Assembly: GCA_024404505.1 (NCBI GenBank)
Contig: JAKSPU010000002.1
Coordinates: forward strand, 3,773-67,772
From: Clostridia bacterium
GTDB taxonomy: Bacteria; Bacillota; Clostridia; Oscillospirales; CAG-272
DNA: 64,000 bases
Reading direction: 5' to 3'
Position 1 is the stretch's first letter. Every line of letters begins with the position of its first letter. A model generated the notes under the pieces. It was not told the origin of the DNA. It made no database searches and was given only the letters and a program-made list of their open reading frames with translations. Positions 44,899-54,093 of the stretch are shown in pieces. The position numbers and the translations under genes were made by a program.

Positions 44899-46496
44899 GC
44901 AAGAAAAATGTGACAGGCCTTGAGGCCTTCAAAAAGCTGGAGAACATCGACAACCGTTACCTGACCGAGGCGGATTCCTTCATCTCCCTGACGGAGAGCG
45001 AGGCTGAGCCGGTCGCCGAAAAGCGTTCCCTGCGTGACAGATTTGCCTTTACCCAGACCGGCTGGTTCGCAGCCGCCGCCAGCGCCGTGGTCGCGCTGGC
45101 TGCCGTCGTCTTCATCGTCCGTGCCGGAGACGGCCCGAATACCGTCCGTCGGCCCGAACACGGATTCACGCCCGCGTCCAACGTGGGTGAGAGCGTCAAC
45201 GCCGTCAGCGAGGACGAGACCGTTCTGACCGCCGAGCTGCCCGAGGACGTATGCAGCGGCATTTACGCCTACGGTAAAAACGACAAATATTGGAATGACC
45301 TGACCGACGAGGAACAGGCGCAGGCCCGGAAGGTCCACGTCAAGCAGGACTGCCATATCTATTCCGGCGTCGGCGGGTTCTGCGTCGTCTGCGGGGTCGC
45401 GGATGATCCGCATATCCACGTCTACAACGAAAGCACCGGCACGTGCTTGATCTGCGGTCTGGTGGATACGGCAACGGATGCCCTCCGCAGCCGCCCGGAC
45501 GGCTGGGAAGGATTGTCTGACGTAGAAAAAGCCGCAATCCAAGCGGAACTCGCGTCGATTGGGAATGATGCCCTTGATCCTCGCGCCCAACACAAGATAG
45601 CGGCCAAGGAAGAGTGGCGGAAAAACCACCCGCAGGAAGCCGAAACCACCGTCACCAGAACATGGGACGACCTGACCGACGAGGAAAAGGCGCAGATCGA
45701 GGAGATCCTTCGCAATCAGCACCTCCACGTCTACGACAAGAACGGCGGTGCGTGCATCATCTGCGGTCAGAAGGACGGCTCTTATGAGATGCTCAGGGAG
45801 CATCTGCCCTGCAATCACCGCATGACAGCCGAGGAACAGGAGAAGGCAGCCCTCATCGCCGCCTATCTCGACGATCTGGGCATCGCTTACGGGTACGTCG
45901 CATACAACGACGAGGGCATTGTGGTCACGACGCCCAAGGGCGCTTACCCCGATACGCACTACGGACGCAGCCAGCTGGAGCTACAGGGGGACCGCATCGC
46001 AGCCGCGCTTGTGGGCAAGAATATGCCTGTCAAGGAGATGGCATGGTGGATATTCAATGAGAATGAGTACGGATTCCTGTCTATGCAGACGTGTCACTCC
46101 GGCGAATTCATCGCACCGCCCATCACACACAACGCATACCGCGAGTGGACGGACGAGGAGCTGCTTGCCGTCGTGAGCGGCGTCTTTGATGACGAGCTCG
46201 CCGACGGCTGGAGCGTCCGCTTCGCGCAGATGGAGGATAAGGAGTGGCTCAGCATCTGCTTTGAGATCGACGAGACCATGACGGTCGACGGCGACCGGCT
46301 GTCCCTTCTCATGAACGAAGTGTGGCGCAGGATGGACAAGAGCGTGGCCATGATCTCCGTCTACTTCAACTATCCCGGTGACACCGACACCCGTGCCGAC
46401 TTCTTCATTGACTACATCAACACCTATGCCGGGTGCGGCACCAATGGAAAGAACATCGGCGGCTGGAGCCAGCCTTCCATACCGACGTACGAGTAA
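44895..46496 (+). CDS. Single-pass membrane protein, putative anti-sigma factor (copy 2) with Cys-containing ectodomain motifs
   Basis: ATGA overlap with the sigma gene and a TM helix (WFAAAASAVVALAAVVFIV). Three H(I/V)Y...G.C..CG motifs and two W.DLTDEE.AQ motifs lie in the ectodomain. Confidence 0.6.
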   Translation: MSKKNVTGLEAFKKLENIDNRYLTEADSFISLTESEAEPVAEKRSLRDRFAFTQTGWFAAAASAVVALAAVVFIVRAGDGPNTVRRPEHGFTPASNVGESVNAVSEDETVLTAELPEDVCSGIYAYGKNDKYWNDLTDEEQAQARKVHVKQDCHIYSGVGGFCVVCGVADDPHIHVYNESTGTCLICGLVDTATDALRSRPDGWEGLSDVEKAAIQAELASIGNDALDPRAQHKIAAKEEWRKNHPQEAETTVTRTWDDLTDEEKAQIEEILRNQHLHVYDKNGGACIICGQKDGSYEMLREHLPCNHRMTAEEQEKAALIAAYLDDLGIAYGYVAYNDEGIVVTTPKGAYPDTHYGRSQLELQGDRIAAALVGKNMPVKEMAWWIFNENEYGFLSMQTCHSGEFIAPPITHNAYREWTDEELLAVVSGVFDDELADGWSVRFAQMEDKEWLSICFEIDETMTVDGDRLSLLMNEVWRRMDKSVAMISVYFNYPGDTDTRADFFIDYINTYAGCGTNGKNIGGWSQPSIPTYE

Positions 46497-46514
46497 CACA
46501 TTTTTTATTCCCGC

Positions 46515-46551
46515 AAAGGGGGGCTGCCGGATGTCCGGCAGCCCCCCTTTT
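46515..46551. terminator. Bidirectional terminator
   Basis: AAAGGGGGGCTGCCGG-ATGT-CCGGCAGCCCCCCTTTT. Confidence 0.85.
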
Positions 46552-46557
46552 GTGCAT

Positions 46558-47364
46558 TTATTCGTCTCTCCCCGGCAGCACAAACCGCCAACGCAGCGAC
46601 AGTGCGCTGACGTACTCGTGTTCGATCTGCTCGGTCGTTTCCGAGATGTGACCCTTCCTGTCCATCGTCCGGACGGTGCGCACGTCGTTCGTGAGCATAT
46701 CCGACGAGGTGATCGACTCGTCGTCCGTCCAGTACACCAGTCCGTTTTCAAAGAAGATCCCGGCGTCGAGGTACTCGTTATACAGTCCGTCCCGGGTGGA
46801 CAGATCCATGTCCATGTTATGGATCCCCTTGAACGAAAGCTCGACCGGCAGTGACCATATCGACTCAAAGCGCAGCGTGACCGTGTGCGCCCACGGGTCG
46901 TCGCATTCGTATGCCCGCGTCATCTGCGTGACGTGGGCGTCGTGGAAGCCGCCCGCGACTTCCAGCAGACGGTCGGCGTCGGCGGGCGTGAGGACATCGT
47001 TCCACTCCGGTATGACCGTCTGCCCGGCGTCGTGCCGTGCGATCCGCAGTGCCATCTCCGCAAGCTCCGCGTCGGGCGTCTGCCCGTCGAGCAGCGCGCG
47101 GGACAGCGCGGGGTGGTCGATCAGCCACGCCTCGCCGGAGAGCTTTTGATTCTCCGGGTCGGTCTTCCAGTTGTCCTGGCGTTCGTCCATCAGGTAGAAC
47201 GACAGGTGTATGCCGCCGATCGGCTCCTCTGCCATGTGGGGCAGGAGGACGAGCGCGGTGCTGTCTTTACTCAAGACGAGTGCCTTCGACCTCCATTGAT
47301 CGTCATACCACATGAATACGGGCGAGGCATACCCGCCCTCGGGGGTGCGTATCCAAACTATCAT
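46558..47364 (-). CDS. Cytoplasmic protein of unknown function (268 aa)
   Basis: AAGGAG RBS 7 nt upstream, and 18 nt downstream of the heparinase-like gene stop. No motif recognised. Confidence 0.55.
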   Translation of the reverse strand: MIVWIRTPEGGYASPVFMWYDDQWRSKALVLSKDSTALVLLPHMAEEPIGGIHLSFYLMDERQDNWKTDPENQKLSGEAWLIDHPALSRALLDGQTPDAELAEMALRIARHDAGQTVIPEWNDVLTPADADRLLEVAGGFHDAHVTQMTRAYECDDPWAHTVTLRFESIWSLPVELSFKGIHNMDMDLSTRDGLYNEYLDAGIFFENGLVYWTDDESITSSDMLTNDVRTVRTMDRKGHISETTEQIEHEYVSALSLRWRFVLPGRDE

Positions 47365-47382
47365 AGCAAGCTCCTTTCTTTG

Positions 47383-49692
47383 TCAGACCGTCACGATGTA
47401 CGATTCGTGATATTGCTCCTGAAACGCCACGGCTGCGGCGATCTCTGCGGCGGTGTACGTCACGCCCTCCGGCGCCATGACCAGCTTGTCCTCCTCGTCG
47501 TCGGTGCGCATGACGATGCCGACGATGCGTCCGCGGTACTCCGTGACCGTTTCCGTCACGCCCATGAGGTAGACGTCCAGCTCCTCGTCGTCGCCGCCGA
47601 AGGCGTTCTCAATATATCCGTAGTTGATCGGGTAGGTGAAGGTGTGGCCGTTCTTTTCGTGGACGTACCCGATCGGGCGGTCGGTCTTCATCAGAACGGT
47701 TTTCCCGAGGTAGGGGCGGCAGTCAGGGCGCAGGGCGTACAGGGCGCCGTCCGGGTCGGCGGTCTTTCTGTCCTCGACCGTCAGGACGTAGGTGCGTTCC
47801 GTGCCGGCCGGGCAGCCTTCGTCGGTCAGCGTGACGCGCCACAGCGTGTCAACGTCCCAGCGTTCGGGGATATTCTCGGTCTCGGGATCACACACGGACG
47901 CGGCTTCGACGCGCAGAGTCAGCGCGGGGTCGTACTTCACCACGCAGTCGTGCAGGAAGAAGTACCCCTTGCCCGTCTTTTCGGGGGCCTTGTCGGTCAT
48001 GAAGCTGAACATGACGGTGCCGGACGCGACCGGCAGGCCTTGCCCGTTCGTGTCCCGGAGCGTGACGGTATCCGTGACGACGGCGGTGTGTCCGGCAAGC
48101 TCTGTTTTCCGTGTCCATGACGCGAGTCCGGCGGAGGGACGGTAGGCGGCGGACAGCTCCATTGAGAGCGCACCGGTCTCCGGGTCGTAGACGTGATCCT
48201 GCGAGCGCGTCCGTCCGCCGTCCGGCTGGGTCGAGCCGTTGAAGGTCACGGTGTTGTGCCAATCCGAGCACATGGCCCAGATCTCGTAGCGGCGGGGACT
48301 GAAGGTCCGGCGCGTGTAGGTGCCGGAGCCGGCGTCGAGGAATACGGGCTTGTCCCCGCTGAAGACGATGACGGTGCCCACGTCGTTGTGATTATGTCCC
48401 TCGCCGTTGTGACCGCCCTTGAGGGCAAGGTACAGCCCCTGTCCCTCGGGCAGCGTCTGTCCGTCCGCGCCGATCTCGCGCGACGCCGCGATTACAAGGT
48501 CATCCAGCCACACGAGGTGCGGCGGACGGTAGTCGGGAAGCGGAGGCAGCGGGTCGAGCGCGAGAGAATGGAAGCTGCGGTAAGGCAGGTTGGCCTCGAA
48601 GGACGGCATCGCGGACGCACCGTTGATGCGATGCCGGAAGAAGTCCGTCATGACGTCGGAGCCGCAGCGCTGTCCCCACTCGTAGCCCCAGACCTGCTTT
48701 GCGTCCATTTTCGCGGGCGCGTCGGCAAAGTTGAGGAAACGGCAGCCGGTGACGTGCGCCTTGACGATGTATTCACCCATGCGGCGGATCAGCGGGTCGT
48801 TCCACACGTTGACGTATCCGCCGGTCAGATCGTACAGCACCTCCAGCGCCGAGAACAACGCGCCGCCCGCGACGCCCCAATAGGAGGGACCCTCGTCGCA
48901 GCCGCCGTCCGGCTTGTACATGGACGTGAACGTGTCCAGCCCGGCAAGGCAGATGGTCACCATGTCTTCGCGGACGGAAAGGTCTGTTTCGACGAGTGCC
49001 GTGACCGTCAGCAGGTTGGAGATGATCCACGGACACCAGTTGTTCACCGCGCGGCCGATGCCGAGCCAGAACATTTTGCCGTGGTTGGCCCGGTCGATGA
49101 CGGGCCGGATGATGCGGCGCTGCAGCTCGAAGAGGATCCGCGCCGGGATCGCGGCGGACGCCTTCCCGAGCGGCTCCCGCAGAAGGTACCACACGAACGC
49201 GAGGTCGGCGCCTGTCGCGGCGGCGAACAGATCGATGTAATCGACCTCGTGCGCGTACTCCTTGGTGACGGCGTAGGTCAGGGCGCCCGTGTCCCCGGAC
49301 GCGACCAGATTGTGCGCGGGCAGCACCCACGACGATTCCTCCATGATCATCCACGTAAGGTCGATCACGGCATCGAGGAAGCGTCCCTGCCCCTCGGCGT
49401 ACTCGGCCGCGGTCAGTATCATCAGATCGCGCCGGCGGGGGAAATATTTGTCCTCATAGACGGACCGGTTGCCGTCGCGGCGGAACATCATGTAATCGGA
49501 CGCGAGCAGGGGAGGGTACTGCTTCCCGAGCAGCGCCTCCGCCCGTCGGATGATCTCGGCACGGTTGACGTCGGAAATGAGCAGCCCCGACGGCTGTCCG
49601 TCTCCCCGGTCGGTGAACGGAATAAAGTTCTCATAGGGCAGAACGTGCCCCGCGGCAGAAAACCCGTACTCGGAAAAGATGCGTCTTGACAT
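47383..49692 (-). CDS. Heparinase II/III-like protein with a C-terminal inorganic-pyrophosphatase-like domain
   Basis: Start MSRRIFSEYGF after AAAGGAG. Heparinase II/III-type motif is GHNGEGHNHNDVGTVIVF. The last ~130 aa carry family-I PPase-like motifs (YPINYGYIENAFGGDDEELDVYLMG, GIVMRTDDEEDKLVMAP). Confidence 0.7.
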   Translation of the reverse strand: MSRRIFSEYGFSAAGHVLPYENFIPFTDRGDGQPSGLLISDVNRAEIIRRAEALLGKQYPPLLASDYMMFRRDGNRSVYEDKYFPRRRDLMILTAAEYAEGQGRFLDAVIDLTWMIMEESSWVLPAHNLVASGDTGALTYAVTKEYAHEVDYIDLFAAATGADLAFVWYLLREPLGKASAAIPARILFELQRRIIRPVIDRANHGKMFWLGIGRAVNNWCPWIISNLLTVTALVETDLSVREDMVTICLAGLDTFTSMYKPDGGCDEGPSYWGVAGGALFSALEVLYDLTGGYVNVWNDPLIRRMGEYIVKAHVTGCRFLNFADAPAKMDAKQVWGYEWGQRCGSDVMTDFFRHRINGASAMPSFEANLPYRSFHSLALDPLPPLPDYRPPHLVWLDDLVIAASREIGADGQTLPEGQGLYLALKGGHNGEGHNHNDVGTVIVFSGDKPVFLDAGSGTYTRRTFSPRRYEIWAMCSDWHNTVTFNGSTQPDGGRTRSQDHVYDPETGALSMELSAAYRPSAGLASWTRKTELAGHTAVVTDTVTLRDTNGQGLPVASGTVMFSFMTDKAPEKTGKGYFFLHDCVVKYDPALTLRVEAASVCDPETENIPERWDVDTLWRVTLTDEGCPAGTERTYVLTVEDRKTADPDGALYALRPDCRPYLGKTVLMKTDRPIGYVHEKNGHTFTYPINYGYIENAFGGDDEELDVYLMGVTETVTEYRGRIVGIVMRTDDEEDKLVMAPEGVTYTAAEIAAAVAFQEQYHESYIVTV

Positions 49693-49813
49693 GGCAGCGG
49701 CTCCTTTCGGCATGCGGCGGTATGCACCGCCGTTGTTCAAAACTATTATAGCACACGGGCGGGTGCGTGTCAATATACTCACGGTTCATTCATACCCGTT
49801 TTTCTCCGTTCTC

Positions 49814-49842
49814 TTGACTTTGCTGCCGGAATGTGGTACAAT
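49814..49842 (+). promoter_or_regulatory. Sigma-A-type promoter of the ABC exporter
   Basis: TTGACT, 17-nt spacer, TGg-TACAAT. Confidence 0.6.
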
Positions 49843-49910
49843 ACGGCTGTATCCTTAACTGAACAACGATCCTCGGAGTCCTCTCCGCGGACCGGGACAG
49901 GAGATTGCAT

Positions 49911-51650
49911 ATGCTGAAACGGTTCTTCGGTTACTACCGCCCGCACGTCAAGCTGTTTATCGCGGATATGCTCGCATCGCTCACCGTTGCGCTGGTCGGT
50001 ATCCTCTACCCCATGATCACGCGCGAGATGCTCAACAACCTCATCCCCAACAAGCAGTACCGCACCATCGTCATCTACGGCGTCGGGCTGCTCGTCCTGT
50101 ACCTCGTCCGGATGCTGCTCAATTTCTTCATCCAGTATTACGGACACGTCATGGGCGTGCGGATGCAGGCGCAGATGCGGTCGGATATGTTCCGCCATCT
50201 GGAGAAGCTGCCCTACACCTTCTACGACAACCACGAGACCGGCAAGATCATGTCCCGCATGACGAACGACCTGATGGACATCTCCGAGCTTGCCCACCAC
50301 GGTCCCGAGAACATCCTGATCTCCACCGTGTCCATCGTCGTCTCGTTCATCTACCTCTGCACCATCAACTGGAAGCTGACGCTCGTCATCTTCGCCTGCG
50401 TGCCGTTCCTTGTGGCAGCCGCCATGTTCCTGCGGAAAAAGATGCGCGACGCCTTCAAGGCCAGCCGCGTCTCCATCGCGCAGATCAACGCCGCGCTGGA
50501 GTCCTCCATTTCCGGTATCCGCGTGACCAAGGCGTTCACCAACGCGGACAAGGAGGAGGAAAAGTTCGAGGAGGGCAACAAGGCGTTCATTCAGGCGCGC
50601 AACGAGGCGTATCACGCCATGGCCGAGTTCCACGCCTCCACCTCGTTCATTACGGATATCTTCAACGTCATCATTCTGGTCGGCGGCGGTCTTCTCCTGT
50701 TCGGCGCGTTCGGCGGTGAATCCATGCAGATCGGCGATTACACCACCTTCGTCACGTCGGTCGGACTGTTCATCTCCCCCGTCATGACGCTCATCAATTT
50801 CATGGAGCAGTACCAGAACGGCGTTACCGGCTTTGAACGGTTCATCGAGGTCATGGACACGCCCGTCGAGGAGGATGCTCCCGGCGCGACCCCCATCGAG
50901 AACGTACAGGGCCATATCGAGCTCCGGAACGTGACCTACGGCTACGAGGAGGGCCATCCCGTCCTCGACAACGTCAGCCTCGATATCAAAAAGGGGCAGA
51001 CCTTCGCGCTGGTCGGCCCGTCCGGCGGCGGCAAGACCACGATCTGCCACCTGATCCCGCATTTCTACGACTGCCCTGACGGCGAGATATTCATCGACGG
51101 CCGCGAGCTGCACACCATCACCGCCGATTCACTCCGCAAGAGCATAGGCATCGTCCAGCAGGACATCTACCTGTTCAACGCCTCCATCCGGGACAATATC
51201 CTTTACGGCAGGCTCGACGCTACCGACGAGGAGATCGTCGAGGCGGCGAAGCGCGCCAACATCCACGACTACATCATGTCCCTCGAGAACGGCTACGCCA
51301 CCGAGATCGGTGAGCGCGGCGTCCGCCTCTCCGGCGGACAGAAGCAGCGTCTGTCCATTGCGCGCGTGTTCCTCAAGAATCCGCCCATCCTGATCCTCGA
51401 CGAGGCGACCTCCGCGCTGGACAACACCACCGAGATCCTGATCCAGCAAGCCCTCGACGAGCTGTGCCGCGGACGCACCACGCTGGTCGTCGCGCACCGC
51501 CTTTCCACCATCAAGAACGCCGACGAGATCGCCGTCATTTCCGAGGGCCGCATCGTCGAGCAGGGCGACCACGAAGCGCTGATGCGGCAGGGCGGTATGT
51601 ACGCCGACCTGTACAACCTGCAATTCCGTGTGGATAACGGTATCCGTTGA
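49911..51650 (+). CDS. ABC transporter ATP-binding protein/permease (MsbA-like exporter)
   Basis: Six-TM domain plus NBD (GPSGGGKTT, LSGGQKQRLSIARV, ILDEATSALD). ATG 49911 (AGGAG 8 nt upstream) preferred over the listed TTG 49905. Confidence 0.88.
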   Translation: MLKRFFGYYRPHVKLFIADMLASLTVALVGILYPMITREMLNNLIPNKQYRTIVIYGVGLLVLYLVRMLLNFFIQYYGHVMGVRMQAQMRSDMFRHLEKLPYTFYDNHETGKIMSRMTNDLMDISELAHHGPENILISTVSIVVSFIYLCTINWKLTLVIFACVPFLVAAAMFLRKKMRDAFKASRVSIAQINAALESSISGIRVTKAFTNADKEEEKFEEGNKAFIQARNEAYHAMAEFHASTSFITDIFNVIILVGGGLLLFGAFGGESMQIGDYTTFVTSVGLFISPVMTLINFMEQYQNGVTGFERFIEVMDTPVEEDAPGATPIENVQGHIELRNVTYGYEEGHPVLDNVSLDIKKGQTFALVGPSGGGKTTICHLIPHFYDCPDGEIFIDGRELHTITADSLRKSIGIVQQDIYLFNASIRDNILYGRLDATDEEIVEAAKRANIHDYIMSLENGYATEIGERGVRLSGGQKQRLSIARVFLKNPPILILDEATSALDNTTEILIQQALDELCRGRTTLVVAHRLSTIKNADEIAVISEGRIVEQGDHEALMRQGGMYADLYNLQFRVDNGIR

Positions 51651-51686
51651 CTTTAAGATTTTGATACATCGAGGAGAAATACATCT

Positions 51687-52205
51687 ATGAAAAAACTGCT
51701 TGTCATGCTGCTTGCCCTGTTGGTGTCCGTGCTCGTGTCCTGCGATCCGGGTCCCGATGTCGATCCGAGTGAAACGAAAACGGATGTGCAGACCGATACC
51801 GAGTCTGCCGGAGACGTGTTTACCGAAGGATTGATCGTCGGGCAGGACGAGGGGTATTCCGGTGTCCCCTGCGCGGATGATAATCAGAAGATGGAAAAGT
51901 ACGTCGTCCATTTCTGGTATACGCTGGATCCCGATTACGTCTACCGGGATGCGTCGATCACCGTCAGCGTCCGCCTGACCTTCCATAACGAGGACGGGAC
52001 CACGGCTGCGGAGCAGACAGCCGCCTACACGCTCCGTTATGACGAGAACGGACAGCTGATCGGCGAGGAGCCGACCGTGGACGAATACGGCAGCAAGACC
52101 ATCGTCCGCGAGATCGTGCTGGAGGAAGCAAATCAAGCCTGTTTCTTCATGGATACGGACGTTGATTTCGAGTTGGTCTGCGCCGGTACGGTGTTTGCGA
52201 GGTAA
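51687..52205 (+). CDS. Small lipoprotein of unknown function
   Basis: MKKLLVMLLALLVSVLVSC lipobox and RBS GAGGAG. Confidence 0.65.
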   Translation: MKKLLVMLLALLVSVLVSCDPGPDVDPSETKTDVQTDTESAGDVFTEGLIVGQDEGYSGVPCADDNQKMEKYVVHFWYTLDPDYVYRDASITVSVRLTFHNEDGTTAAEQTAAYTLRYDENGQLIGEEPTVDEYGSKTIVREIVLEEANQACFFMDTDVDFELVCAGTVFAR

Positions 52206-52211
52206 TACGGA

Positions 52212-52247
52212 CGAGAGGCCGATCCACAGCGGTGGATCGGCCTCTCG
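52212..52247. terminator. Bidirectional terminator hairpin
   Basis: CGAGAGGCCGATCCAC-AGCG-GTGGATCGGCCTCTCG (16-bp stem). Confidence 0.75.
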
Positions 52248-52249
52248 CT

Positions 52250-52777
52250 TTATTCTGCGGTGAACTTGATATAGTCCTCCGTGGCGTTCTCGCGGTGCTT
52301 GATGACGCAGGGATTGCCCAGCACGATGGAATGGGCCGGTACGTCGCAGTTGACGTAGCTGTTCGGGGCGATCAGCACGTCGTCGCCGATCGTGATCCTG
52401 CCGACCACCGTCGCGTTGACGCCGATCCAGACCCGGTCGCCGATCGTCGGCGCACCCTCGCGCTTTCCGCGGTTTTCCTGGCCGATGGTCACGCCCTTGT
52501 GCAGGTTGCAGTTCTTGCCGATAACGGCCTGCGCGTTGACTGTGATGTCGTAGACGTGCCCGAGGTACAAGCCCTCGCCGATCCTGCCCGTCGGGTTGAT
52601 CTCCACGCCGCGCTTGCGGGACACGATGAAGAACAGCACGAAGTACAGCTTGCGGGACAGCGGATTCTTCGCCGTCTGGCATTTGCGGAGATAACGGTAC
52701 AGCTTCCGGAGATAGAAGGGGATCTTCCCGTCGAAGCGGCAGGCATCCGCCCGGATCATTCTTTTGTAATCAGACAT
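52250..52777 (-). CDS. Hexapeptide-repeat (LbH) O-acetyltransferase, serine-acetyltransferase-like
   Basis: Left-handed beta-helix repeats (IGKNCNLHKGVTIG, IGDRVWIGVNATVVG, IGDDVLIAPNSYV). RBS is GGGAGGA. Confidence 0.8.
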   Translation of the reverse strand: MSDYKRMIRADACRFDGKIPFYLRKLYRYLRKCQTAKNPLSRKLYFVLFFIVSRKRGVEINPTGRIGEGLYLGHVYDITVNAQAVIGKNCNLHKGVTIGQENRGKREGAPTIGDRVWIGVNATVVGRITIGDDVLIAPNSYVNCDVPAHSIVLGNPCVIKHRENATEDYIKFTAE

Positions 52778-52793
52778 ATTGTTCCTCCCGGTA

Positions 52794-53837
52794 TCAGACC
52801 TTCAGGTAGCCCTTGAGCACGCGGAGCGTGTTCCAGACGCCGTCGATGTGGCTGCGCTCGTAGCCGTGGCTCGCGTACACCCCGGCACCGATCAGACCGT
52901 GCAGGATGTCGTGGCAGGCGGCGGCTGCCTCCACGTCGGAGCCGTAGTGCGGGTAGACGTCGGTGGCGTAGTCCGCACCCTCGGCCTCGGCGGCCGCGAT
53001 CAGGCGGGAGACCGTGTCGTAGTTGTAGGGGCCGCCGGAGTCCTTGACGCAGATCGAGACCTGACGCTCGGTGCAGTCAAGGCCCTCGCCTACGCAGCCC
53101 ATGTCAACGGAGATGCACTCGGTCACGCCGGCGGGGACCGGCGCGGCACCGCCGTGCCCGACCTCCTCGAACACCGTGACGTGGATAAAGGTGCGGCGGG
53201 GCAGCCTGACCTTGCCGTCACGCAGGAACGCGGCAAATCCGAGCAGGATGCCGACGCTCAGCTTATCGTCAAGGAAACGGCTCTTGATGTAGCCGGACGC
53301 CGTGGTGCGTGTGCGGGGATCGAAGGCCACGATGTCGCCCACGCGGATGCCGAGCGCCTTGACGTCGTCGGCGGATTTCACGTCCTCGTCCAGCACGATC
53401 TCGACCGTGTCCCACGTGCGGGAGGTGCCGCTGTAATTGCCGTTGACGTGTACGGACGCGTTGACAAGCTGGGCGGTACCTTCGTAGACCTGTCCGGCCC
53501 GGGTGTAGACGCGGACGTTCTCCGTTTCGGCGTTGTTGGCGTTCATGCCGCCGAGGTTAGTGACGGACAGCCGTCCGCTGCCCTTGACCGCGGAGACCAT
53601 GCCGCCGAGCGTGTCGACGTGCGCCATCAACAGGAGACCGCCCTCGGGGGCTGTGTCGTCTCCGCCGAGATCGACCAGCACGCCGCCCTTGTTGGTCAGC
53701 TGTGCTGGGAAGCCGAGATCCCGGAAAGCGTTTAGCGTCCAGGCGGCAGCGGCCCTGGTGAAGCCGGTGGGACTGTCGATGCCGAGCAGACGTTCGGTGC
53801 TCTGTACGGCAAATTCCGCGTATTTGCGTTCTATCAT
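52794..53837 (-). CDS. M42 family metallopeptidase
   Basis: Start MIERKY 9 nt after GGAGG. Motifs are LMAHVDTLGGMV, FLDDKLSV and FEEVGHGG. Confidence 0.75.
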   Translation of the reverse strand: MIERKYAEFAVQSTERLLGIDSPTGFTRAAAAWTLNAFRDLGFPAQLTNKGGVLVDLGGDDTAPEGGLLLMAHVDTLGGMVSAVKGSGRLSVTNLGGMNANNAETENVRVYTRAGQVYEGTAQLVNASVHVNGNYSGTSRTWDTVEIVLDEDVKSADDVKALGIRVGDIVAFDPRTRTTASGYIKSRFLDDKLSVGILLGFAAFLRDGKVRLPRRTFIHVTVFEEVGHGGAAPVPAGVTECISVDMGCVGEGLDCTERQVSICVKDSGGPYNYDTVSRLIAAAEAEGADYATDVYPHYGSDVEAAAACHDILHGLIGAGVYASHGYERSHIDGVWNTLRVLKGYLKV

Positions 53838-54028
53838 GGGGATATACCTCCGTATCATATCATGCTGGCTTTATTATAACACGCCGGGACCGGCTTGTCA
53901 ATGCGTCCGGGCAGTTTTCGTGCGTCGGATGTCCGGCCGTTTTCCGGGATATTGCCGCCGGAGGGATCGCCGCACCGGCAATTACCGCGAATTTCATGAA
54001 TTGACGAAGATTCCCGTTTGACGCCCTA

Positions 54029-54057
54029 TTGACAAACAAACGACAAAAGTGTATAAT
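54029..54057 (+). promoter_or_regulatory. Sigma-A-type promoter of the large LRR lipoprotein gene
   Basis: TTGACA, 17-nt spacer, TATAAT. Two further TTGAC hexamers lie just upstream (54001, 54018). Confidence 0.7.
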
Positions 54058-54093
54058 AAAGTATAAGAACTGACATTTCCCGGAGGTGAATAT

